Positions 1 through 11,630 of a stretch of 64,000 nucleotides of DNA are shown one piece after another. The translations under genes were made by a program, and so were the position numbers. Numbering within the stretch: the stretch's first letter is position 1; every line of letters starts with the position of its first letter. The notes beneath the pieces are model-generated. The model did not search any database. It worked only from the letters and a program-made list of their open reading frames with translations, and was not told where the DNA came from. The DNA is from Chiloscyllium plagiosum (taxonomy: Eukaryota): positions 1,717,907 through 1,781,906 of the forward strand of contig NC_057757.1 in NCBI RefSeq assembly GCF_004010195.1. The letters are read 5' to 3'.

Positions 1-560
1 GATGATAGCAGTACATTCAGCGGCACACCCAGTACCACTGATGATAGCAGTACATTCAGCAGCACATCCAGTACCACTGATGATAGCAGTACATTCAGCA
101 GCACATCCAGTACCACTGATGATAGCAGTACATTCAGCAGCACATCCAGTACCACTGATGATAGCAGTACATTCAGCAGCACATCCAGTACCACTGATGA
201 TAGCAGTACATTCAGCAGCACATCCAGTACCACTGATGATAGCAGTACATTCAGCAGCACATCCAGTACCACTGATGATAGCAGTACATTCAGCGGCACA
301 CCCAGTACCACTGATGATAGCAGTACATTCAGCAGCACACCTAGTACCACCGATGATAGCAGTACATTCAGCAGCACATCCAGTACCACCGATGATAGCA
401 GTACATTCAGCGGCACATCCAGTACCACCGATGATAGCAGTACATTCAGCAGCACACCCAGTACCACTGATGATAGCAGTACATTCAGCAGCACATCCAG
501 TACCACTGATGAAAGCAGCACACCCAGCAGCACACCCAATACCACCGATGATAGCAGCAC
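1..560 (+). repeat. 39-bp tandem repeat (VNTR), about 13 near-identical units plus a degenerate tail
   Basis: Unit GATGATAGCAGTACATTCAGCAGCACATCCAGTACCACT repeated head to tail; unit length is a multiple of 3. Confidence 0.97.
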
Positions 561-757
561 ACCCAGCAGCACTTTCAGGTCTACTGGGAGCACCAACACA
601 CCAAGCAGCTCCTCCAGTTATACCAGCAGCATCAACACACTTAGCAGCACATCTGGTTCCAGCCTTTCCACCACCAAACCGACTGTGAGGACATCTACTA
701 TCGTTCAGTCTACAATTGCGACCCATACCACCCTCACATCGACAGCAACCTTAGAAG
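1..757 (+). CDS. Mucin-like Ser/Thr/Pro-rich (PTS) tandem-repeat exon, 5'-truncated by the window edge
   Basis: Frame 1 is stop-free from 1 to 757 and reads (DDSSTFSSTSSTT)n then ...PSSSSSYTSSINTLSSTSGSSLSTTKPTVRTSTIVQSTIATHTTLTSTATLE. It ends at a phase-1 donor GAAG|GTATTT (758). The ORF track shows only the off-frame reading 2..688. Confidence 0.7.
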
Positions 758-1511
758 GTATTTATTTAATCTAGTTCTGAATTGTTTGAGTACAGCACTT
801 CTAATATATCTGTTTTTGATGTTCTGCCTTCATGAATGCTGGAACTTTCTAATAATGTTCTAATAAAATATAGAACTGCAGTGAGTTCTGTCAGACAGGC
901 TACATACTCACCCTGGGCAGTGAGCAGGGAACAGCCCTGATTATATCTACCTAATAGTGCCACCTAATGGCACTTTTTCATTTGATGCACCATTTTAACT
1001 TATAGGACAATCAACCAATAACAAATATACAGCAACTCACTCAGTTAGGCTTAGGGAAATGCAAATTTTATTTTGATGAACAAAGCTTCCATCTTTGGAA
1101 TAAAAGGGGAAGGCAATAGAAGATTGGCTGCTAGGAGTCAGATCACAACTTGCTTTCTAAAACACTGTAGAAGTTCCTTTTATTTAAATCAGCAGCTTCC
1201 GAAGTTTCTGTCTTCTTTCACAAAAGTGAATTTTGTTCCATCCAGAGGTACACATGCATGCAGCCAGGCCCCCATTGATCTCATTTTTCACATTTGCCTT
1301 CAATGACAGACGATTAAGCAATTTACCCTCTATATTTCATCATGTGCTCAATAAAGTAGTTTGTCCAAAATATTTCCTGTTTAACCTCCATTGTCCACTT
1401 TTCCTTTGTTGTTAAGTTTTCCTATTTTGTAAGATGTTTCTGCAGCTGCCAGTTCTGCTGAGATCAGCTTGAAGTAGACATCCTGCCCCGAACATATCTT
1501 TGAGCAGTAGT

Positions 1512-1901
1512 TATAGTGACTGGAACCAGGTGGAACATGTTGCCTATGAGGTTCTGGATTGGAGTTGTTAACCTGGGCCAATCAGGAAAGCCTTGGCTGA
1601 CCAATCTAACAAAGACACTTAAATGGGGGATTTAGGAAATCCTCAGAAAAAAAATAACAAAGAGACTAGAATCTCCTCAGTTGAGGATTGACTTTGAGTT
1701 GGCTGGCCACAGCCAGTATACTAAAAATATACATATAGCCAAGAAATTGAAAAAAATACAAAAAAAAATAAAATAACCAAAAGATTAGAATCTCCTCAGT
1801 TGAGATCTGACTCTGAGCTGGTTGGTCACAGTCAGTATACTGTGCCTTAGTAATTAAAGGGTAACTTGGTGATGGGAACTGGCTTCTGTGCAGTTATTTC
1901 A
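1512..1901 (+). mobile_element. Short solo-LTR-like repeat (family A) with an internal duplication
   Basis: Similar to 23049-23263 and 38163-38388 (GGAACCAGG...CCAATCAGG...TAAAGGGT...GTTATTTCA). Segment ~1650-1720 is duplicated at ~1770-1840. Confidence 0.6.
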
Positions 1902-2860
1902 CTAATCTACAGGACCTACAAGTACCAAGTGGTAAATAATTATTGCTAGTAAATCTTTGGCATAAGACACACATTGACATGAATACTTTACAATATAGGA
2001 AGATAAAAAATAATTTTAGTTTAGGAATGATTGATTACATTAACACTGGGTAAGAGACATTGTTATCTCCTGAGAGATTGTAAGTAACTCTATATTACTC
2101 GGCTGTACATTGTGGAACTAACTAACCACAAACTGGAACAACTGACCAGGTTCTCCCAGAGAGTGAGCAGGTGGACCTATTCCAAACTGAATCAACCTTT
2201 CCAGGCCGACTGCTTTATGCAGCATCCTTCATAACCATGCAATCTCCCATCATCAGGTTTTGTTTTCATTATCAAGTGTCACAACATTATCAATTCTATC
2301 CAATTTCACCTGCATTACCCATTTTATCCTCCATCTCCACATTGTCTTCAATTATTAAATTACATTTCCAATATCCATCCTATCCTACACTCAATGATCT
2401 TACCTATTCTGTTGAATTGTGTTATGGATGTTTGTTTCTATTATCCTTTTAGTCCACCATTATCTAATTTTGTCTCTATTTCCTTGTTTGAACTCCAAAA
2501 TACAGAGTAGCCTCATTGCCAATTCTATCTAGTTTTGACCTAAATTATTGAGTTTGAACTTGATTATCCAGCTGTCATAGAAACATTGGAACATGAATAG
2601 GCTATTCAGCCCGTTAAGCCTGTTCTGTTATTTAATACGATCATGGATGATTGGACACTTTAATGTCTTCAATGTCCTTCAATAACCAGTTTGATTCAAA
2701 TGTCCAACTTGCCCTCTATTAGCAAGCTCATCTCCCATTATTCATTTTGCTGTCTGTACTTGCTCTCCTTTATCCACTTTTTCCTCCATTTTACAGCTTG
2801 ACTTAAAGGATGCATTTGAACTCTATTATCCATTGTGTTCTCCACTATCTACATGTCCTT

Positions 2861-3360
2861 NNNNNNNNNNNNNNNNNNNNNNNNNNNNNNNNNNNNNNNN
2901 NNNNNNNNNNNNNNNNNNNNNNNNNNNNNNNNNNNNNNNNNNNNNNNNNNNNNNNNNNNNNNNNNNNNNNNNNNNNNNNNNNNNNNNNNNNNNNNNNNNN
3001 NNNNNNNNNNNNNNNNNNNNNNNNNNNNNNNNNNNNNNNNNNNNNNNNNNNNNNNNNNNNNNNNNNNNNNNNNNNNNNNNNNNNNNNNNNNNNNNNNNNN
3101 NNNNNNNNNNNNNNNNNNNNNNNNNNNNNNNNNNNNNNNNNNNNNNNNNNNNNNNNNNNNNNNNNNNNNNNNNNNNNNNNNNNNNNNNNNNNNNNNNNNN
3201 NNNNNNNNNNNNNNNNNNNNNNNNNNNNNNNNNNNNNNNNNNNNNNNNNNNNNNNNNNNNNNNNNNNNNNNNNNNNNNNNNNNNNNNNNNNNNNNNNNNN
3301 NNNNNNNNNNNNNNNNNNNNNNNNNNNNNNNNNNNNNNNNNNNNNNNNNNNNNNNNNNNN
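2861..3360. other. Assembly gap (500 N)
   Basis: Run of N; the round length suggests a scaffolding gap of arbitrary size. Confidence 0.99.
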
Positions 3361-3620
3361 AAATGTCTTTGTATCTTAGCCTGTGTTTTCCTCACCCCTA
3401 AATGACCTCCAAGTGGTAGCTCATGCACCACTCTCAGCACCTCCTTTCTATACCCTACTGGCAAAACAATTTGATGAATCTCTGCCCATTTCTTATCTGG
3501 TTGAATATATGATGGTCTCCATTTCCTCATTAAGGCATCATTCATTAAGTAATAGCACAAGGATGCATTCACTCTCCTTGTTGTAAATGCTTTTTGATGC
3601 AATTGTTTTAACTCATCTTT
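3361..3620 (-). mobile_element. Gypsy-type LTR retrotransposon pol fragment (integrase Zn-binding region)
   Basis: Minus-strand translation YYLMNDALMRKWRP...HQIVLPVGYRKEVLRVVHELPLGGHLGVRKTQAKIQRH matches the H...GHLG integrase N-terminal pattern. Confidence 0.8.
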
Positions 3621-3624
3621 CTGG

Positions 3625-5800
3625 TGCACGATGTCAGGTCTGAGCACTGCCGTTTTAAGGCATCGAATGGCAGTGGCCTCAAAGCGGAAGCCTACCGCTG
3701 CCCTGCTCACTATATCCTGTGGCAGCGACCAGCCAAGACCATTGCTAACCACCACATCCCTGACCCTGGCCACCCTTACCGGGATGGCCCTCCCCTCCAA
3801 TAGCCACTCAAACACGTGAGCATGGAGGTGTGGATTCCTGACCAATGGCTTCATGATGACAGCCGCTACTCCTGCTGGAGGGTAGGCATGATGCAACTCG
3901 ATGATGTTCCAAACAGTGATCAGGTCCTGGTAAAAGACAGGCAGTGTCCTGAGAGCGACCTCCAGACCATCACGGTTGATCAACAGGAGCTGCGTGTCAT
4001 GGTTGAGGTATCGCTGCAAGGCCTGAAGGCAGAAAATCACCACCTGGGTGTGAACACACACTAGCAACTGACTGCTCTCCTCAATAGGAAGACTCAGAAC
4101 CTGTGCTGCGACCCAGCACGTTTTTTTGTCCCAGAAGAAGTGAACCAACATTCTCTGGATGTCAGCAACAAAACCAGGAGGAGGGACCAAAGGGACCAGC
4201 CGGTACCAAAATATGGCAGCAACCAGCTGGTTTATGACCGAACTCAGAGCAGTCCTGTCCAGCTGCCTAGGCGAGCCAAGACCTTGGCCTCCGGCTCCTG
4301 CCAGTTCATGGGACAGGATTCCTCAGCTGGGCTGAGGTAGACACCCAGATAGAGGAGATGGGTGGTACTCCAGCTGAACCCTCGTAACTCGTCCACTGGT
4401 GTGGGTAAATCATGTGGGCCATCACGGAAGCCAGACGAGAAGCCAACAGCCTGGCAAAAACTTTGCAGAAAGTGACCACTCCACGCCAAGAAAGGGACAA
4501 CTCTTCGGTAGTAAGAAACTCCCCCAGGACCTGTGCATAGGCGCTTCCCAGAATGCCCTGAAAAACTCCACAGTCAGCGCATCCAGCCCAAGGGACTTGT
4601 GGTAAGAGCTGTGTGGTAAGAGTGAATTTGGGCCCTGATACCCTCTGGATCAGAGACAAGGGACCCATTGTTGGCCAGCAGCACAAGGAGCTGCTGACAT
4701 TGTGCTGTGCCTTTTTTCTAGCAAGTAGAAGAAGGGGGAGCCGCAGTCCAGGTCCTGGAGGAGCCAGATCAGAGACCCAATGAGCTGCAGGTCTTGGAGT
4801 GCGGTGTTCTCTTCGTACACCCCCTTCAGGGCTGGTCCACATCGGGCTGACTGAGATGTGACTCCAGATCGAACACCACCTCCTCCAACTCCTCAATCCT
4901 GGATTTCCATCTTTTTGTTCACCTCCTCGCATACGCCTGTCAGAAAACGCGGACATGAGCCTTGCCCATGTCCCACCATAGCCTCAGGGAGGGGAAACTT
5001 CCCCGTTTCCTTCTCCAGCTGGCCCAGAACCAACAAAACAAGTCCCAGAACCGCTCATCCTCCAGCAGCAGATTGTTAAAGTGGCAGTACGCGGACCTGA
5101 GCCTCGGGGCTCGGTGTTGTCCTGGGGGAGGGGGCGGCATCACCCGCGGCTGCTGGTGTGGGCTGGGGGGCAGTTCCTTATGTGCCCCACCTTACGGCAC
5201 AGGCGACACCGCACGCCGTCCAGAAGATGTGGTAGGCTGCGCCCTTGTGAAGGAGCGTAAAGGAGCCCTCTGCGACATCCTCCCGGGCCAGGGAAATAAC
5301 ACCTGGCGCTGGAAGGAGTAGATGTGTTTGAGGGCGGGGTCCTTCAGACCAAGCAGGAGCGGTTGGACATCCGAATGGATCTTCCCCAGTGTTTGAAGGT
5401 GGGGGAGAAAGAGCTCGATGGCAATAAAGGGCGGGACATTAGAGATCACAACCCCCTGGGCCGTGATCTCCAATGGGTCAACAGGTAGGTATGTCCTGCC
5501 CACAATGAGCCCCTTCTCCACGGACAGATGGACCGCCTGCTCGGTCTTTACGAGAAACATGGCCTTCCCGTACATGCGGGCTGCAGCAACCATGGCCAGT
5601 GAGCTGACCAGACTAGCTATAGCCTTACTGCAGGCCTCGATAGTCATATTGGGATGGGGATAGGCCTTCACCCCCAGGCGTTTAGTCAGGTGCCTGAAGG
5701 AGGATATGTTTGCAGCTAGGGTTTGAGCAGCCAAGCCTAAGGCAGTGGCTACCCCGGCATAGGTGCGGCTGGGGCCTGCTGTCTTGGGGCTCATCATGTT
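3625..5800 (-). mobile_element. Tx1-clade (L1 group) non-LTR retrotransposon, internally deleted and decayed
   Basis: ORF1-like 5192-5797 (RTYAGVA...AARMYGKAMF...VVISNVPPFI). ORF2 post-RT remnants lie downstream (LLYLGVYL, PPPGFVADIQRMLVHFFWD, LPVFYQDL). GC-rich; EN and RT core largely absent. Confidence 0.8.
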
Positions 5801-5853
5801 TTGGGTTTTAGATTGCCTGACAAAGGCTCAACTAGCATGACTTTGATCACCAT

Positions 5854-6110
5854 GGGCAGCACGGCGGCACAGTGGTTAGCCTCACAGCGTCAGAGTCCCA
5901 GGTTCAATTCCCGCCTCAGGCGACTCTCTGTGTGGAGTTTGCACATTCTCCCCGTGTCTGCGTGGGTTTCCTCCGGGTGCTCCGGTTTCCTCCCACAGTC
6001 CAATAATGTGCAGGTTAGGTGAATTGGCTATGCTAAAGTGTTAGGTGAAGGGGTAAATGTAGGGGAATGGGTCTGGGTGGGTTGCGCATCGGCGGGTCGG
6101 TGTGGACTTG
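5854..6110 (+). mobile_element. tRNA-derived SINE (HE1/V-SINE-like)
   Basis: tRNA-like head GGCACAGTGGTTAGC...GGTTCAATTCCC and V-domain TGTGTGGAGTTTGCACATTCTCCCCGTGTCTGCGTGGGTTTCCTCCGGGTGCTCCGG. Confidence 0.85.
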
Positions 6111-6429
6111 CAGTAAACAATGAGGCAAGGATAGTAAAAAGGCATCCCTTGTGCAATGCCAGTTAACAAGGTTAAGAACATCCTTTGTATAATGCCAAAT
6201 GGCTTATGTTTACTGTTGATGCTTGCTGATTGTAATGGTCACCCAATCAATATAGATCTTGCCTTATTTGGATGATGCTCGTGGTAAGTGGCTATGGTAT
6301 TCCTTAAAAATCTGCTGTTTGAGAGAAAGACCGAGAACTCATGTCTCTGTGCTGATGGGAGATCGTTCTCTCTCTCTCTCTCTCTGTCTTTCTCCAGGGC
6401 CTAGAACAAAGGGGAAGAAGGTAGAACCA

Positions 6430-7357
6430 TACTGTGCCTCTGAGCATTTGCTTCGACAAAAGTAGGGAAGTGATCACAGTGCCCGTTGATGAGATATTTG
6501 TATCATTGGTAGTCACAGGTGAGGTGCTGGAAGACTGGAAGTTGGCTAACATAGTGCCACTATTTAAGAAAGGTGGTAAGGTAAAGCCAGGCAACTATAG
6601 ACCGGTGAGCCTGACATCACAGTGGTGGGCAGGACCAGATGGACCAATGAGCTGAGAAGTGGCATATTGGGTTTAATTCAGATAAATGTGAGGTGCTGCA
6701 TTTTTGGGAAAGCAAATCTTAGCAGGACTTACCATTAAGTGTATAAGGTCCTAGGGAGTGTTGCTGAACAAAGAGACCTTGGAGTGCAGGTTCATAGCAC
6801 CTTGAAAATGGAGTCGCATGTAGAAAGGATAGTGAAGAAGGCTTTTGGTATGCTTTCCTTTATTGGTCAGAGTATTGAGTACAGGAGTTGGGAGATCATG
6901 TTGCGGCTGTACAGGACATTGGTTAGGCCACTGTTGGAATATTGCGTGCAATTCTGGTCTCCTTCCTATCAGAAAGATGTGAAACTTGAAAAGGTTCAGA
7001 AAAGACTTACAAAGAGGATATGGTGGAGGCTGGTACAATTGCAACATTTAAGAGGCATTTGGATGGGTATAGGAAGGGTTTGGAGGGACATGGGCCGGGT
7101 GCTGGCAGGTGGGACTAGATTGGGTTGAGATATCTGGTCGGCATGGACAGGTTGGACCGAAAGGTCTGTTTCCATGCTGTACATCTCTATGACTCTAAGT
7201 TGTTGGAGGGAATCCTGAGGGAGAAGGACTGACTAGTGATAGTCAGCATGGCTTTGTACGTGGGAAATCATGTCGTACTCACTTGATTGAGTTTTTTGAA
7301 GTAACAAAGAGGATTGATGAGGGCAGAGCAGTGGACATGATCTATGTAGATTTCAGT
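6430..7357 (+). mobile_element. CR1 LINE fragments (5' part of the host element of ERV-1, plus a nested CR1 3' piece)
   Basis: DWKLANIVPLFKKG, NYRPVSLTS and LVRPLLEYCVQFWSP motifs. The sequence ...ATCTATGTAGATTTCAGT resumes after 16815. Confidence 0.85.
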
Positions 7358-8021
7358 TGAGGATCCAAAACTGAATACAGGCTGAGGTAGTTGTTGTCAT
7401 GAACAACCGCGTAACAGATGTTCTTAATAACTTAGGTGGCAATAAAATGGCTTCTCAATGCAAATAACATGACAAAATGGCTGCAAGGCTGCAAATTGAC
7501 AATTCTGCTAAAAGCTGCATAAAATGGTTTTTAAGTCTACTATAGCTTCATAAGTGACTAACCACAGTCTGCTTCAATAGAGATTAGCAGACAATGCTCC
7601 CTTTACAGCATAGAAATAACTAGACTAGATAAGACATCACTGGCCATCCTAACTGACCTTCAGGTGCAGGTGCAATGGCTCAGTTAGTGAGATAAGGGTG
7701 GCCTGAGTGTTGGAAAACAAAGTTGGTTTCCAGGAAATATCACTGGACCAAGTAACTGTCAAATAAAGCAATATTGTATATATTGATTGGTAATAGTCTG
7801 AATGTACTCTGCGATCATGGCCTGTATCCTTCTTTGTATCAAGCCATGTGTGCAGCTCCTCCGAGGAATATAGATGTGCACAACCTCTGTGTTTCTGGAT
7901 ACTCTGTACCCAACTGTATGAAGAAATAAATAATGAAGTGTTAAAGAACCAGACCGATTGTGAGTGCTTATTGGCCGATCATGGAACAGAGACCCCTCCC
8001 CGCCCCCCTCCAATTTGGTCA
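7358..8021 (+). repeat. ERV-1 5' LTR
   Basis: Collinear with 16118-16815. Starts TG; AATAAA near 7925; 3' end diverged, so the boundary is approximate. Confidence 0.88.
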
Positions 8022-8024
8022 AAT

Positions 8025-8034
8025 TGGCGTTGTC
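8025..8034 (+). promoter_or_regulatory. Truncated primer-binding site, tRNA-Ser-like
   Basis: TGGCGTTGTC directly after the 5' LTR; 9/10 match to the start of the tRNA-Ser PBS TGGCGTAGTC(GGCAGGAT). Confidence 0.5.
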
Positions 8035-8979
8035 TAAATTGATTTCCAAATTATTCTGTGTAAGATGAAACACAGAAATATTGTGATATGTAACAAGACT
8101 ATCAGGGTTTGAGAATGTCGAGAAGGTTGTGCAGAAATCATTAGTCTTGCTCATTGTCGGGTTGTTGATTAGTGACAGTTTTAAATTGAGATTATCTTCT
8201 CTGTTGTGTCTGTTTGGCTTGGCTTGTCTTGCTTTGTCTTGTTTGCTATGGTTTTGTTCTGTTTGTCTTGGTGTTTGTTCTTGGTTTATGAAGTATAGAA
8301 GGTGGTTGCTACTTTTGTCACGTTAAAGAAAGAAAAAAGCTGACCAGTGATACAATTCTCACACATTTGGTTAGGCTGCTATGTGCTACAGCCAGGGTTA
8401 ATGAGGCTAAACTCCCTAACTTTGACTGTTCTGGAATTTGAGTGCCTCATTACCCTTAAATGTGAGACAGAGAGAGAGAGAGAGACAGAGACTCAGTGCT
8501 GATTCCCTGCAGCTGGCAGAACGTTTAACCCTTTAAGATTCGGTTTGAATGCACATTTGCTTGTTGGCGATTGAATGTTTGTGTTCTGTTCCCTGGAGCA
8601 TGAGATCTGGGACTGTTTTGAATTTGATTTCCATTTGTCGCAGTATATCTGGGCCTCAGGTGCAGAATCATTCTATTCCACGATGAGAACAGGTCTCTTG
8701 TTCAATTTTAGTTATAATCTAAACCTAACATTGAGGAAAATCACTTCAGACTTTAACATTTGCTCATTGAGTGGAGGAATTGCATGAACCTTATTTAATT
8801 TAGTTAAATTTTGTAAATCTGGAAGTATAAAGATAGATTCAAAATATCCCATAGCAAGAGCATTGTTTCAGAAAATGATACGAGCAGATTTTTTTTCAGA
8901 TTTGTTTGTTTCAACTTAATTTTAAGACAGCTGTGTTTCATTCGTGATTATGGTGTGCCAGTCATAGCTTTATTTTATA

Positions 8980-9105
8980 GGTAAAAACAATGAGTGCAGA
9001 TGCTGGAAACCAGATTCTGGATCAGTGGTGCTGGAAGAGCACAGCAGTTCAGGCAGCATCCGAGGAGCAGTAAAATCGACGTTTCGGGCAAAAGCCCTTA
9101 TCAAT
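8980..9105 (-). mobile_element. Penelope-like element 3'-terminal (pLTR) fragment nested in ERV-1
   Basis: Reverse complement of the ...GGGCTTTTGCCCGAAACGTCGA...GCTGCCTGA...CAGCATCTGCA terminus seen in other copies. Confidence 0.65.
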
Positions 9106-9140
9106 TCTCCTCCCTCAATGACAATTGAAGTTTCAATTCA

Positions 9141-11630
9141 ACATAAGACCATAAGAAATAGGAGTGGAATTAAGGCCATTCAGTCCATCGAGTCCACTCC
9201 GCCATTCAATCATGGCTGATCGGTATTTCAACGCCACTTACCCACACTCTCCCCGTATCCCTTAATTCCTTGCGAGATTAAGAATTTATCAAGCTCTGCC
9301 TTGAAGACATTTAACATTCCAGTCTCCAATGTGCTCCGTGGCAATGAATTCCACAGGCCCACCACCCTCTGGCTGAAGAAATGTCTCTTAATTTCCATTC
9401 TAAATTGACCCCCTCTAATTCTAAGGCTGTGCCCACTGTCTCCCTGCCCAATGGAAACAATTTCCCAGTGTCCACCCTTTCTAAGCCATGCATTATCTTG
9501 TAAGTTTCTATTAGATCTCCCCTCGACCTTCTAAACTCTAACGAATACAATCCCAGGATCATCAGCCGTTCCTCGTATGTTAGGCCTACCATCTGTGCGA
9601 ATCTCCCATGGACACGCTCCAGTGCTAGCATGTCCTTCTTGAGATGTGGGGCCCAAAACTGGACACAGTATTCTAAATGAGGCCTAACCAGAGCTTTATA
9701 AAGTCTCAGTAGCACATCTCCGCTTTTACATTCCAACCATCTTGAAATAAATGACAACATTATATTTGCTTTCTTAACCATGGATTCAACCTGCAAGTCA
9801 ACCTTTAGAGAATCCTGGACTAGCACTCCCAGATGTCTGTGTACTTTGGCTTTATGAATTTTCTCACCCTTTATAAAATAGTCCATGCCTGTGTTCTTTT
9901 TTCCAAAGTGTAAGACCTCGCATTTGCTCACACTGAATTTCATAAGCCATTTCTTGAACCATTCTCCTAAACTGTCTAAATTTTTCTGTAGCCTCGCCAC
10001 CTCCTCAGAATCACCTGCCTGTCTACCTAACTTCGTATCATCAGCGAACTTCGCCAGAATGCCCCCAGTCTCTCCATCAGATAATTTATATATAAAGTGA
10101 ATAGCTGCGGCGCCAACACTAAACCCTGCGGGACACCAGTTGTCACCAGCTGCAAGTCTGAAAAAGAATGTTTCATACCAACTCTCTGCCTTCTGTTAGA
10201 CAGCCAATCCTCAATCCATGCCAATAACTCATCTCGAACACCATGGGCCCTCACCTTACTCAGCTGCCTCCTGTGAGGCACCTTGTCAAAGGCCTTTTGG
10301 AAGTCTAGGTAGATGACATCCACCGAGTTTCCCTGGTCTAACTCTACCATATTATGTTGTTACCTCTTCAAAGAATTCTAACAGGTTTGTCAGGTCCATC
10401 CTCCCCTTACTAAATCCATGATGACTTGTTCTAATCCGCCCCTGCACTTCCAAGAATTTAGAAATCTCATCCTTAACAATGGATTCTAGAATTTTACCTA
10501 TAACTGAGGTTAGGCTAATCGGCCTATAATTTTCCACGTATTATCTTGATCCTTTCTTGAACAAGGGGGTTACAACAGTGATTTTCCGATCATCTGGGAC
10601 TTTCCCTGACTCCAGTGACTTTTGAAAGATTACAACCAATGCCTCTGCTATTTCTTCAGCCATCTCCCTCAGAACTCTAGAATATAGCCCATCCAGGCCA
10701 GGAGATTTATCAATTTTTAGACCTTTTAGCTTATCAAGTACTTTCTCCTTTGTAATGGCGACCATACTCAACTCTGCCCCTTGACTCTCCTTAATTGCTG
10801 GGATAATACTCATGTCTTCCACTGTGAAGACTGACACAAAAGTATTTATTAACTTCTTCAGCTATTTCCTTATCTCCCATCACCAGCCTTCCTGCATCAG
10901 TTTGGAGCGGCTCAATCTCTACTTGTGCCTCTCATTTGTTTATGTATTGAAAGAAACTTTTACTATCATTTCTAATATTACTGACTGACTTACCTTCATA
11001 TTTGATCCTCTCCTTCCTTATTTCTCTCTGTTATCCTCTGTTTGTTTTTGTAGTCATCCCAATATTCTGATTTCTCAGTACTCTTGGCCACATTATTGGC
11101 TCTCTTGTTTTTCTGTGAAACTTTGTCAGCCATGGTTGTCTAATCCCATGCCCCTGGTCCTGACCACTGCTTGGAGGTCTGTACATAACTCCCATTATGG
11201 TTTTTTTTGCCTTTGTGGTTCCTCAACTCCACCCACATCATCTGATCCTATGTCATTTAATGCGATAGATTTAATTTCATTCTTAACTAACAGGGCAACC
11301 TCGCCCCCTCTCCCTACCCCCGTCTTTTCGATAAATTGTAAAACCTTGGATGTTTAACTGCCAGTCCTGAACCCCCTGCAACCATGTCTCTGTGATGCCT
11401 ACCACATCATAATCATTTACGATGATTTGTGCTGTTAATTCATCTACTTTGTTTTCAGGTAATGCTAATTTTCTTATCTTCATGATTTCCATCACCTCTA
11501 CCTAAGTTATCGATCCTTTTTGCTTCATTCCTAGTGTGCCTTGAACTTAAACCCCGCACGTGCTAACCTGCTGCTTATCTTTCTACTTGACTCCATACTC
11601 CCTGTTGCTTTCCCTTTCCCCTGACTCACA
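9141..11630 (-). mobile_element. CR1 LINE (EN/RT remnants) nested in ERV-1
   Basis: Minus-strand ORFs with YDVVGITETWL (EN), NYRPISLTS, YLDFQKAFDKVPH, GVPQGLVLAP and LVRPHLEYCVQFW. Confidence 0.9.

Noticed and set aside
1..560. CRISPR array
   Set aside because: Head-to-tail repeats with no unique spacers, no cas genes, eukaryotic context.
2..688. 228-aa ORF (MIAVHSAAHPVPL)n
   Set aside because: Off-frame reading of the 39-bp repeat; frame 1 is longer, Ser/Thr-rich and ends at a splice donor.
2810..3405. Several ORFs spanning the N run
   Set aside because: Artefacts of translating through the assembly gap.
5854..5930. Functional tRNA gene
   Set aside because: It is the tRNA-derived head of a multi-copy SINE, with four copies in this window.
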